Assembly: GCA_904063045.1 (NCBI GenBank)
Contig: CAJFCJ010000035.1
Coordinates: forward strand, 124,001 to 188,000
Direction of reading: 5' to 3'
Origin: Dimorphilus gyrociliatus
Taxonomy: Eukaryota > Animalia > Annelida
DNA length: 64,000 nucleotides
Position 1 is the first letter of the stretch. Each line of letters starts with the position of its first letter. Below the pieces are notes generated by a model that saw nothing but the letters and a program-made list of their open reading frames with translations, was not told the DNA's origin and did no database searches. Below, piece after piece: positions 1 through 11,544 of this stretch. The translations under genes were made by a program, and so were the position numbers.

Positions 1-754
1 ATCAGGATAATAGAATATTCCATTTGGAAGATCTTCATCTGCTGGATAGTAAAATTGGCTTTCATTATAATCCCTGTCTCTATGTCTAAATTCACATTTT
101 TCTAGAAAGTAAAATGTCTCATTGTATTTAAATGAAAAATGAAATGTATTACCATTTTTAATGTGACGTAGTTTTTCTATTGGTATTTTGATAATACAGT
201 CATAATTTATGCTTAATTTACTAACACCTTCAGTTATGCCTTCTGCCATCGTTCCTATAGAAATAAATTGAAATTCTAATTGCAGACAATGCTGTAAAAC
301 TGTTAGAGCTCTTTCAAACACTGCACCTATAGCGTTTTTTGAAATATTTATAAGGATTATTATTTATCGATTGTCTATTTTAGATTTAGATTACAAAATC
401 ATTGATCATGCTTTCTTTTCTTTTGAGATTAACACATTTACTCATTGATGTTGAATAAATCCAACAAAGGAACTGTCTCTAGTTTTGTTAAGTGTTTATT
501 TGAGAAACTACTAGCAACCTTTGTAATGAAAACTGTTTAAAATCTTAATGAACTATTAAAATGAAAGTAGGAAATCCATTTAGATTATATATAGATATTT
601 ATAATATAATAACCACAGAGATTAGGGTTACAGGTAAATCCATACCCATTAGGGGTGAATGTCTTACGATGACCAAGGAAAACGGTTGTTGTTGATATTT
701 ATAGAAATAAAAAAATATGATAATATATTTATTGAAGAGCTATTATACTATATG

Positions 755-964
755 CTAACTCAAGAAAACAATGGATTCATCAGCTAATATCCTTCCAAGC
801 CTATAATCATCCCAAATTTCAAATATTTTCTGTACTTTATTATTCAGTCTATTGTACCATCCTTCCACACTATTATTAGTCCCTATTAATAATCCAAAGA
901 CTGACCAATTCAATGGTTTCCAAGTAGAATTCAAAATCCAAGTATTTTCGAAATATTCCAGCAA
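755..964 (-). pseudogene. MULE (Mutator-like) transposase C-terminal fragment
   Basis: LEYFENTW...W...TNNSVEGWYNRLN matches the MULE YFxxxW / TNNxxExxHxxLN block; also homologous to 15550-15670 in this window. Confidence 0.7.
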
Positions 965-1568
965 GTCTGAAAATGTTCTCAGGATTAGCGTTAAGATTGC
1001 ATAGGGGTCCCCAAAGAAATTTTGGGTTAATCACTTATGGACTTATACAGTTTTGGCTATTGATTATAAATCTGCAAAAATCGACCTCAAAATGTTTTAA
1101 CTTTGGCTGTTGTTTTTTAAAAACGTTTAAAAAAACTACTATCATTCTATAGAGATAAAAAAACAAACTTCCAATGCGTTTTTAAAGTTGATATTTATTA
1201 GGAACATGTAACTTGGGCCTATTCAACTTTTTGTCTAAAGATATACCTAATAGTGCTTTTAGTTTACCTATTGTTTTTTTTATAACTTTTAAAAAAAAAT
1301 TATACATGCAAGGTCATAATTTGGGTCAAGAATTTTTATTGATGCATGATGTTTGTTTTTGTGAGATGCAAGCTCATACAAAATTTGAGTACAATTGGAG
1401 TAGTATTAACAAAGTTACAGTTCGCAAAAGTTCGATAAAATGTCTGGAGTCTTTTTTTTAATGTTATGTATTGTTTGCAAGTGTGAATTTTAACTTGGGA
1501 AAAGTTCTTATTACGTTTTCAATAAAGGTATTGATTCATTTTGACTCTTGAATATTTTTGATAGTAGC

Positions 1569-1730
1569 CACCTGGTGGATGGTATTGATATTAGACACCT
1601 GGTGGATGGTATTGATATTAGACACCTGGTGGATGGTATTGATATTAGACACCTGGTGGATGGTATTGATATTAGACACCTGGTGGATGGTATTGATATT
1701 AGACACCTTGTGGATTGCTTTGATATTAAC
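1569..1730. repeat. 27-bp tandem repeat (CACCTGGTGGATGGTATTGATATTAGA), 5 perfect copies plus 1 degenerate
   Basis: Read directly; units start at 1569, 1596, 1623, 1650, 1677 and 1704. Confidence 0.97.
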
Positions 1731-2469
1731 CCTGGATAATATTTGAGAATTTTAGAGAATATTGAAGAATATTTGATAATAATGTTATAATTTGAAAGTT
1801 GATTGATGGACAATTTTTGTGCACTTAGAAATAATAACATGACAATATTTAGACTTTGACCAAGTGAACCCAGGCTTTTTGAAATGTATAAAAGGAATTA
1901 CATTACAAAGTCAATTTTAAGAAAATTTTTCTTTAAGATTTTTGAATTTAAAATATTTCAGTTGTCGAGTAAATTTGAAGAAAGAGAATTGAGTTTGGCC
2001 CTGGAATTAGTATATCATCATCAATTTCAAAAACAATGTATTCAAAGTCAATACTGCTGCTAATTTGTCAAATATAAAACATTGATCAATACTACTTCCT
2101 ATAAATAGAACAATATTGGTTGATCAATAAATGAAAGAAATCTGAAGAGGAGAGACATCGCATTAAAAAATTGGAATATTTTTTCGCAAAAGTGACTCAG
2201 TATTGACATTGAAGCAATTGGAAAAACAATCTACCTCAGCAAAATTAGCCTGCTGATATGTATATATATATATATATATATCTGTATTGGTAATTCTTTA
2301 GATTGATTATGTAAGTGACAAATACTCTCTTAATCTAAAAAGAACAGATAATAGAAGCCATTTTGAGTTTAAAAATCAGCTCTCTTCACACTGTAACCAG
2401 AAATTAAAAAGAAATGTGATGAATATTTCCCAAAGGTGTGATTTTCATGTGAAAAGATATTTGTGAACA

Positions 2470-4950
2470 ATGAAAAATCCTCTTTTAAAATATCATGCAA
2501 AACAGATTAAAGCTGTTCTAGAAAATGATAAATTATTTAATAAAAAATTACAAGAGTTAAAAATTAATTTAAATTGCTTTGATGATAGCAGCAAACTGTT
2601 GAAAATTATAGAAAGTATTCAATTCTTTGATAAGAAATATACTGAAATTGAAAATTTGATTAAAAATACATGGAAAAATGTAATTATTGAAAGAAAATAT
2701 TCTTTTCAAATGGAATTTGAATTCTATCCTAAATTTTCATTGAACAATTAAAATTCTTCTAATATTAAATTTGATGATATATTGACACCAACTCAACTTT
2801 TATTGAGAAATTGTAATAAAAATCAAGAAAATTTTGGCTTATTTTTCAAAGTTGAACAATTTTTAAATTATTTAAAATTTTTAAAAAATTTCAATCAAAT
2901 AGTTTGAAAGAATTATATATTGAAAATTGTGGTTTGGCAGAAGCGATTGAAATCAATTGTCCAAATTTAAAAATATGTAAACTGGTAAAAGTTGGTAGAA
3001 AATTATATTTGAAACAATTTTTTAAAGACAATTTCAAATTACAAAAATTAAATATATCTGGAATTTCATTATTAAATGATCTGGGAAAGAATTTCTTTGA
3101 AATATTAAGTAATTTGACAATATCATTATCATCTCTCAAATGTAATGATTGTTAAATGATTACAAAATCAAATGATTTACTTAATTTACTTAAAAATCAC
3201 AATTGTTTAAATACTTTAGAAATGGATGGTAATCAAGTTGATTTGATTGATAAATTTGTTGATACTTTGGATTTTTTTACATCTATTTTTTCAGCACATT
3301 GTCTAAAAGTATTAAAATTACCAATTATTAAATGCCCAAATAATCAAATAACAATGAAGACAGCAACAAATATTGATGATTTCTTGATGATAAAACTGGA
3401 TTTGATATATCTAGATTTTGGTGGAAATTCTCTAGATAATATCTTGATATGTAATTTTATTAAAAAGCTAACTTCTTTTTCAATTAGTTTAAAAATCCTT
3501 GCTACAAATTGCTACAATTCAACTTTTAATGACTTATTGAATGATATTAATTTCTCTAATTATTCTAATTTTAAATATTTGAAAATTGTACATTCAAATT
3601 CAAATTTAAATTTGAAAGAGTTTAATGAACTTTTCACTTGTCCAAATAAGATCCTATCTCTAAATGTTATAAGAAAAATTCACCTAAAAAATTGTCAACT
3701 ATCTGATGATTTTTTAACAACATTGACAAATATTTGGACTGAACTAACTTCAATAAAAACTTTGGATATAAGTTATAATGAATTTACAAAGGATACTAGT
3801 TTAAATTTTTTAAAGATGATTAAACATGAAAAATTTCAACAATTTGATAATTTGTATGTACTTTGTTGTATTGTAATTGTAGGAAGTCCTAGCTCGTCAC
3901 TATCAAATTCGTCCTCTCCAATCATTTACCAATGTGCCAAAGTACTGGTCCAAATAGAACCTTTCAAGTTCGTCCACAAGTAGTCTTAATAAATGTAATT
4001 CCAGTAAAAATTAACCAACAAACACCAGTATTTCATTCAAAGAATATGTATTTGAGTAAATGAGTTTCTAGTTCTAAACAAGCAAGTTTGAACAACCAGC
4101 TGATGGTTAGAAAACTGAACTGACTACTGTTAAATTCGTAGGGTTTATATACTTTTCCAATAGTTCACAGTTCACAGATAAAAATATTCACACAAAGAAA
4201 TGTAACAATTTGGATAAAGGGAAAGTTCAAATATACTTCCATGTTTGTTACTTTTTCTTTATCTTGGAGAACTTTTGCTCCCTATTTTAGTAGGTCAGAA
4301 AGTTGCCTAAGATGTAACAATTATTAATAGAAGTTGGATTGATTCCAAAACACAAAAATAGGAAAAGGTCAACTTGATGCCGTTTTAATATACAACAAAT
4401 TATTAATAATAATTGTTTGTGTAAGATAATATGTTTCTGTGTAAAGGACTGGTAGGATAAAAGTATTAAACTTAATCATCTAATATAGTATTGTGCATAC
4501 AATACTGTTGAAAAGTGACAATAATCTAAAAACTCCAAATATAAATAGAATAGTGGAAGATATAATTAATATTCATTAAATATGATGTGTATAATAATTT
4601 GGGTTAACATCTAGTTAGTTTAAATAGTGTATGTTGTAGTTTTAGGCGTGTAGAGTACTTTATAATACTCTTTCAATATTGCTTTCCATTGATGAATGAA
4701 ATGTAACAATTTGGGTGTATTGTGTGAATTTGTGAGCCTGGTTACAAGCTTATGTGTTTAGTACCTACAAACTGCCTAAATGTGTACATTGTATATGCAT
4801 CATTGTAATTGGAAAAATACGGATATATCTGAATATTTGAATTCAATTATGGAATTAAAATTTTTAAGAATTTTCAATTCAAAATCAAATGCTGCTAAAC
4901 TGGTATCACATGCTGTTGTTGATGTAAATAATTCTTTTGAAAACAATTGA
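2470..4950 (+). pseudogene. Leucine-rich-repeat (RNI-like / NLR-type LRR) gene, fragmented and interrupted by a solo LTR
   Basis: Repeated LxxLxLxxC/N motifs (LKELYIENCGL, LQKLNISGISL, LIYLDFGGNSL, IRKIHLKNCQL, IKTLDISYNEF). Removing 3857-4793 restores the frame FDNLY|MHHCNWKNTDISEY... to TGA at 4948-4950. Confidence 0.8.
3857..4788 (-). mobile_element. Solo LTR of Gypsy family A (932 bp) with 5-bp TSD TTGTA
   Basis: Near-identical to 62652-63604. TGTA...TACA ends. TTGTA at 3852-3856 and 4789-4793. Confidence 0.95.
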
Positions 4951-5160
4951 CAGCATCTTAAATTGGACATTAAATAGTAATATTTTCTTTTTTTGCCACT
5001 CATCAAAACAAATACCAAGTGAATTTGATGATATTCACAAGTTTTCCTTTTAAAACCATGAATAGAAAACAGTTGGTAGAATGGAGGTTGTTCCATCAAC
5101 AAACCATATTTTCACTTTGCTAACAATTCAAGCTGGTGCTTTGTACTTAAAATTATATTT
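4951..5160 (-). pseudogene. MULE transposase fragment (catalytic-domain start)
   Basis: PFYQLFSIHGF...LVFVLMSGK, homologous to PFKQLFSIHSF at ~15000. Confidence 0.7.
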
Positions 5161-5195
5161 CAATGGACCTTCAAATTATGGACAAAGAACTAACT

Positions 5196-5286
5196 GGTGT
5201 ACCAGTCATAACTTCAGCAGAAGGTAAGGTTTTAAAGCCCAAAGGAACAGCAATAATCAAAATCCAGTTTGCTGGAGGAACCATGG
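5196..5286 (+). pseudogene. Fragment of family-A-type retropepsin
   Basis: Translates TGVPVITSAEGKVLKPKGTAIIKIQFAG, versus TSLPIITSADGNALKTKGKAKLNIQFAG in element A. Confidence 0.75.
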
Positions 5287-5801
5287 TGTACAACTTTGGT
5301 TATATTTTACATGCTTGAACTCTATTATTTTATGCAACATATACATGTACATCTTAAAACCTACGCAAGAAAATGCTATAACATTGGCCAAACATAAGTC
5401 TGATTAGTCAGCTTGAAGGTTCATCTTTAATTACCAATAAAGGTTTGGCCAAGTTATAATTTAATTAACTTGCCTAGGGTGTGGCCAAGTTATAATTCAA
5501 TTAACCTTCCTAAATGTTGAACCTTGTAACATCCTGTTACTAAAGATAAATATGAACTACACATTTCGGCAACTGTAAAGTGATGATTGGATGTCAGAGA
5601 CAAACCTCAAAGTATATAAATCCTCATTATTCTCATTTGGCATGCAGCTTCCATCTGGACCCAAGGACCTGGGAAAATCATCTGGAAACAACCTCCACTG
5701 GAACCATCCATCTACTCCTCAACATTGGAAGATAGTTTGGTAATTTGGCAACCTGCTATTACAAACTATCTACTCTGCTATTGAACTCTCATATTGTTAC
5801 T
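5287..5801 (+). repeat. Family B 5' LTR, 3'-truncated
   Basis: Starts TGTACAACTTTGG and matches 17214 onward until ATATTGTTACT, then switches to unrelated sequence. Confidence 0.92.
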
Positions 5802-6019
5802 CTTCAATCCAAATAATATTTCATGTGGGGTTTTGCCAGTGCTTCCAACTGGAATTTGATTTAAACATGTCTGAATTAATGGTAACTGTCTTGTCCAATC
5901 TGTTAATTGTTCCATAACTACATGTTTATGTAGTGCTCTACGAATTTCCAAATTCTTTCTTTCTACCATTCCATTACTTTGGCTATGGAATGCTGTTGTT
6001 TTAATTTTTCGTATTCCCA
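5802..6019 (-). pseudogene. Family A integrase fragment, antisense to element B
   Basis: Near-identical to ~58060-58277 (MVERKNLEIRRALHKHVVMEQLTDWTRQLP). Confidence 0.92.
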
Positions 6020-6109
6020 GAAGGAGGAAATGGAAATGCCACTGGGGCAGTTACAGACTCTAACCCTTCAACCCCAGCAACTCCAACAATTACAATTCAG
6101 CCAGCAGGA

Positions 6110-8626
6110 ATGTCAGAAAGGCAACAAAGACTAATTGAAGACTATGATAGATTGGTGAGTGAAATGAAAAGAAATCGAATCACAATTCCAACAGATCATG
6201 GAGATGGAACACATCACCCAGCACAGAACCCAAATGTTGATATCACAACAGTAATTCAAGCATTAAGGGCTGCTTGGGACCGCCCTCAAAGAACTATTCT
6301 CAAGTTGTATGATGGAAGCAAGGAGTGTTCAAAATTCAAAGAAGACTTTAATCAGGCATGTTATGCTTATGGTTGGATAGGAGAAGATGTTGTGAAAGCA
6401 AATCTTTTAGATTATTTAACTGGTCCTGCAAAGGATTTGGTGTTGGCTCTGGATGGAGAGCCTACTGTGGAGGAAATATGGAAAGCCCTCCATGACGAAT
6501 TTGATCTAGATCCTTTGGAGTATCAGGAGAAATTGCTTAACTTAAAGCAAATGAATGGCGAAAGTGTGGTTCAGTTTGTTAATAGAGCAAAGAAATTGAT
6601 AAAGAGGTTTTCTCCACCTAGACCAATGGAACCACAATTGCTTGCAACTATGAAAGAAATAAAACTGATGGAAGTTTTACAAAGAGGATTACAACAGGAT
6701 ATTCTACATTTAGTGTACACCTTACATCCTAAATGTCAAACATTGGCAGAACTATATGAGGCTGCTAAGCAAGCAGAAACTTCATTAAAACTAACTCAAA
6801 GAAAACCGATCACAATGGTGTCAAAATTGGAAACTCAACAAAGAAAAGAGACCAAAAAGACCCAGGTAATCAGAAAAGATGCTTCTACAGAAACCCCAAA
6901 TTTCTGGAATAGAAAGCATGTACCTGACAACAAAAATGCTACTAAAGAAAAGTTTTCAAGCCAAAAAGTCCAAAAGTATGCACCAACTACAACAAATAGG
7001 TATTATAAGAAAAATCAACCAGCAAAGACGATACTGAAAGAGGAACCTAAGCTACAAAAATTAGAAACATTAGACAATGAAAGCATGTCAGAAAACGACG
7101 AAGTTCAAGATATTCTCTGTTTTTCAGATAGTGACGAATCCACTTGTCAGCTGTTACAAAGCAAACAATCTGAGCGAAATGCTTCAACATTTATTGGACA
7201 ATTTGAAACTAATACTGGTTTTAAGTTTGATGCCTTGATAGACTCTGGTAGTGACAGATCTTTCATTTCAAAAAAGGTATTAAGACAAGTTCAAGGAAAA
7301 GCATCCTTCCCAGAACAAACTGTGAAAAATGCTAGAGATGCTTCAGGAAATAGCATCGAGATATGTGGAGAAATCATTCTCAGACTTTATTTTAATGAAA
7401 AGATTATTAAACAACGCTTTCTGATCAACAAAATCATTACACAACAATGTATTATTGGGTGTGACTTTCTACAACAAAATGGAGCTACCCTTGACTTTGG
7501 CAAGAGACAGATTATACTCCAGCCAGGTACAGAAAAGAATTACCCTGTTGGAACACAACACTTATCTTTCAAAGGGTTTTACCCAGTTCCTCTTATTATG
7601 AAAAAGAATGAGAGTCAAATACATACCCTTCAGACAACAATTGAACAAGAAAATCCCGAGATGAAGAACAAAGTTACCCAAATTCTGGCAAAATATAAAG
7701 AAACTATTGCAGAAGACAGATTTGATATTGGCAATCCAGAGGTACCACCCTTGGAAATAACTCTTGAACCAGGTTCAACACCATATAGACAAAGGCCATA
7801 TAGAATGCCTCCTCAAAAACAAGAAGAATGTAAGCAACAGATAGCTGAATTGGTAAAAAGCAAAGTTATTCAACCAAGCAAGAGCAATTGGGCTTCACCA
7901 ATTGTTTTCGTAAGAAAGAAGGAAGGTAGTCTACGAATGTGTGTAGATTATAGAAAACTAAACAAAATGACAGTTAAAAACAAGTATCCACTGCCAAATC
8001 AAGATGATCTTTTTGACCATTTGGGAGGAGGAAATAAATTCTTTTCTACAATGGATTTGACAAGTGCATACCACCACATTAACATCAAGAAAGAAGATAG
8101 GTCTAAAACAGCATTTATTACACCTTTTGGCTTGTTTGAATTTATTAAGATGCCTTTTGGATTAACCAATGCCCCTCCTCATTTTAGTTATGTAATGAAT
8201 TCATTTGTGCTAAAGGATGTAAAGCATTTGTGCCTAAACTACCTTGATGACATAATAATATTTACCAAGTCGCTGGACCAACATTGGGAAGCATTGGAGA
8301 CCATTCTTCAACAGATTCAAAAGTACAATTTTAAGATTAAACTAAGTAAATGTGTGTTTTTGAAAGAACAAGTTCAATTCTTGGGACACATTGTATCAGA
8401 AAAGGGGATTGAAACAGATAAGTCCAAGACAGATAAATTATATAACTTACAGCCACCAGTGTTTGCAAATTCACTACTAAGCTTTGTTGCATTTTGTGGC
8501 TATTACAGAAAATTTATACAAGATTTTGCAAGAGTAGCTAAACCTCTGTATATGTTAATGAAACTACATGGGAAAAAGGATAAATTGCAATGGACTGAGG
8601 AAGCCAAGCAATCATTTTTCAAGTGA
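6110..8626 (+). CDS. gag-pol: Family B Gag-protease-RT polyprotein (frameshifts into RNase H)
   Basis: Retrotransposon capsid-like region; LIDSGS (7241) and IIGCDFL protease motifs; RT WASPIVFV, LRMCVDYRKLN, MPFGLTNAP, YLDD, FLGHIV. The open frame extends upstream to ~6017. Confidence 0.93.
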   Translation: MSERQQRLIEDYDRLVSEMKRNRITIPTDHGDGTHHPAQNPNVDITTVIQALRAAWDRPQRTILKLYDGSKECSKFKEDFNQACYAYGWIGEDVVKANLLDYLTGPAKDLVLALDGEPTVEEIWKALHDEFDLDPLEYQEKLLNLKQMNGESVVQFVNRAKKLIKRFSPPRPMEPQLLATMKEIKLMEVLQRGLQQDILHLVYTLHPKCQTLAELYEAAKQAETSLKLTQRKPITMVSKLETQQRKETKKTQVIRKDASTETPNFWNRKHVPDNKNATKEKFSSQKVQKYAPTTTNRYYKKNQPAKTILKEEPKLQKLETLDNESMSENDEVQDILCFSDSDESTCQLLQSKQSERNASTFIGQFETNTGFKFDALIDSGSDRSFISKKVLRQVQGKASFPEQTVKNARDASGNSIEICGEIILRLYFNEKIIKQRFLINKIITQQCIIGCDFLQQNGATLDFGKRQIILQPGTEKNYPVGTQHLSFKGFYPVPLIMKKNESQIHTLQTTIEQENPEMKNKVTQILAKYKETIAEDRFDIGNPEVPPLEITLEPGSTPYRQRPYRMPPQKQEECKQQIAELVKSKVIQPSKSNWASPIVFVRKKEGSLRMCVDYRKLNKMTVKNKYPLPNQDDLFDHLGGGNKFFSTMDLTSAYHHINIKKEDRSKTAFITPFGLFEFIKMPFGLTNAPPHFSYVMNSFVLKDVKHLCLNYLDDIIIFTKSLDQHWEALETILQQIQKYNFKIKLSKCVFLKEQVQFLGHIVSEKGIETDKSKTDKLYNLQPPVFANSLLSFVAFCGYYRKFIQDFARVAKPLYMLMKLHGKKDKLQWTEEAKQSFFK

Positions 8627-10450
8627 GAGATGCAGTAGTTAACCCTCCTGTATACAACTACCTGATTTTGCTAAAGATTTTCACTTAACAACAGATGCAT
8701 CGAATGTAGCTGTAGGAGGAGTTCTTGAACAAGTTTATGTAGATGAGAATGGGAAGAAAACAATGAAACCCATTGCCTACGCTTCAAAACAATTCAACAA
8801 TAATCAAATGAAATATGCAGCCTATCAAAAGGAAGCATTTGGGTTTACTGGGTTGTAAAGAAATTTTTACATTACCTTCAAGACAAGCCATTCTTTTTAT
8901 ATACTGACCATCAGAGTCTAGTACAAACATTTAAGCAAAACAAATTGAATGTCAGCACAGCAAAATGGGTCATGGCTTTAATGGATTTAAAATTTACAAT
9001 TAACTATGTGACAGGACGAAAAAATAGAGCAGATGCATTAACAAGATTAGAAGAATATACACCCCCAAGGAAAGTAACATTTGAAGAGCTAATTCATGGA
9101 AAGATCAAAAAGGAGAATTCTCCCTCTATTTCAGTTAAAATGGAACAGTATGAACATACACCAGAGTTAACTTTTGTAGCTACCAGTGATAACAGTGAAG
9201 AGAAAATTGATTTGTCTTCTGTTGACTTACAGTCAGAGCAAGAAAAAGATGTGAATTTAAAATCAATTAAAGAATATTTAACATTGGATGGTCAGCTACC
9301 TATTCCTTATTTTGGAACTTTTACACCTTTCATAATGGAGATGTTTGTTCACAAGGAAATGATCTGGATTATCCTTGAAGAAAGAAACATTCTGGTTTTA
9401 CCTGACCATTTGATGCTAACTCTGCTCCCTAAATTCCATAAAAATAAAATTCACAATCACCATGGACCCAGAATGACATTACAAATAATTACAAAGACCT
9501 TTTGGCACCCAAAATTAAAGATTATGATTGAGAATTCAATAAAGGATTGCACTTTGTGTGAACAAATGAATGGTAGGAGTAGAGTATACCCTTTGGTAGA
9601 AACCTTTCACCCTGCATCACCAATGGAGTTGGTAGCCATGGATATAATGGGACCCTTACCCATGGTTAAGTCATACAGATTCATACTTGTGATAGTGGAT
9701 CATTTCAGTAGATACACAGTTTTATATGCACTCAAACAGCAAACCAGTAAAGAAATTGCAAACCTTCTTTTCAACAGATTTTTTCCCATTTTTGGAATTC
9801 CAAAACAAATGTTGACAGATCAAGGAAGAAACTTTGTTGGTAAAGCTTTTAAAGAGTTTATGAAGGTATTAGGTATTGAGAAAATCCAAACAACAGCTTA
9901 TAGAAGCCAGAGCAATGGACTAGTTGAACGAAGAAATAGAGAAGTGAGGAAGGAAATCAATAAATAGTGGTGGAAGAAAATCAGCATAACTGGGTTGCAA
10001 ACCTACCCTTGATTCAAGCATTTTTGAATCAATCACCTGTAGGAAGTACAAGACTACCACCCCAGGAACTTCTTTTTGGCACCAGCACAAGAACACTGAT
10101 TGATGTAACAATGCATACTACCTCTCCTGAAACAAATGTACTATTTGTATTCAATCACCAGCAGCAATTAGTACAGTTAAGAGCTACAGCCTTCTGTAAA
10201 TCCATCATGGCAAAAGAACAATATAGGGAAAGAAAGAATAGAAATCTCAATCTTCCAAAATATTTTGAGGTTGATGATGAAGTATTCTTAAGAAATGATG
10301 CTGCAAGAATTGCAATAACAAAAATCCCTTCTTTAAAATGGTTAGGCCCATACCGAATAACAAAAGTCAATCATCAAAAGTGGATATATGAAATACAAAT
10401 GGATGATAATACATGCAAGTTGGTACATGGTAGCAGATTAAGACTAGCCA
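8627..10450 (+). pseudogene. pol: Family B RNase H - integrase - GPY/F module (several frameshifts)
   Basis: TDASNVAVGGVLEQ, YTDHQSL; HHCC (H..HNHHG...CTLC); AMDIMGP, TDQGRNF, LVERRN; WLGPYRI. Confidence 0.9.
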
Positions 10451-10454
10451 ATGA

Positions 10455-10920
10455 ATCTAATAAGTTGGAAACAGGGAAAGAAGCAACAACAATCTTTCAC
10501 CTTGTGGAGAAGGAAATAACACACCTCCAATATCTTTCTCAGGTAGAAGGAAGAAATGACTTTCAATTCCGTTTGAAGAATCAAAAAGGCCAAGAAGTCA
10601 TTGCCTTGTGTGACACAGGAGCATTGAGATCCTTTATTACTGAAAAAGAAATCAAGTTAATGGATGTTACAATTATGGATAAAGAAACAATTGGCTTACC
10701 AATTATAACTTCAGCTGATGGGAAAGCTTTAAAGCAAAAAGGAAGCGTAAAGCTGAATATCCAATTTGCTGGAGAAAGTATGGAACAAGAATTTATAGTT
10801 ATGGAAAATCTAGACATAGCAATAATACTTGGTTGTGATTTCCTACAAACTGTGGGAGCAAACCTCAATTTTGAAGCTAAACAGTGTTCTCTCAAATTTG
10901 ATAGAAGGAAAGGGAACCTG
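10455..10920 (+). CDS. Second aspartyl protease domain (PR2), in frame after integrase
   Basis: ALCDTGALRSFI (DTG at 10612-10620) and IILGCDFL within ORF 9967-11079; clearly homologous to the single protease of element A (ALCDTGALMSFI). Confidence 0.92.
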
Positions 10921-10959
10921 GCTGAAAGAATAAGGCAACCTCAACTAAACAAAGTCACT

Positions 10960-11480
10960 ATAGCCATGATGGGACAGCATGACTCTTCATCAGAAAGCTC
11001 AGATAGTGATGACTCAGAGATGAAGTTACTAATTCTGATACTGGTTATGACACAAGCAATACTTTCAAACAGACAGTAATTACAGTCTCAATGAACCTTC
11101 AAGCTCATCTGAAAGTGATGACACAGAAACAAATAATGAACTGGATCAAAATACAGATTCAGAGGCAAACATTATCTCTGATAGAGAAGATGAAATACCT
11201 AGTTCAGACAATGAGTCAATAATTATTGAAAGTGAAATTATTGATATAACCCATTCTGATAATGAGTCAATAATTATTGAAGGTGAAATTATTGACATAA
11301 CCCATTCAGATAATGAGTCCTCATAGTGGTAGATTCATCCCAAGATGAGAAAGAAAATACAAGTGACACAGACAATGAGTCAGTCATATTTTTAGATGAG
11401 ACTAAAATCATCTCTGAACAATTAGATTCCCAACAAGAAGTGGAACCACAATATATAGAGTTAGAAGATGGAATAACTAT
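10960..11480 (+). other. Acidic Ser/Asp/Glu-rich spacer with a 51-bp internal duplication
   Basis: DNESIIIESEIIDITHS / DNESIIIEGEIIDITHS repeat at ~11207-11320; DTGYDTSNT and QYIELEDGITIRVE shared with the element A spacer. Confidence 0.8.
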
Positions 11481-11544
11481 CAGAGTGGAACAACAACACA
11501 AAATTTTCAACCATTCAACTATAGCCAACACAGGAAGAGCTAAC

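Noticed and set aside
1511-1840. Three overlapping ORFs with repeated peptides
   Set aside because: They result from a 27-bp (multiple of 3) stop-free tandem repeat; no independent coding evidence.
9920-10895. Minus-strand ORFs within B pol (and similar shadow ORFs within A at 57295-61518)
   Set aside because: Antisense or alternative-frame shadows of real coding sequence, with no motifs.
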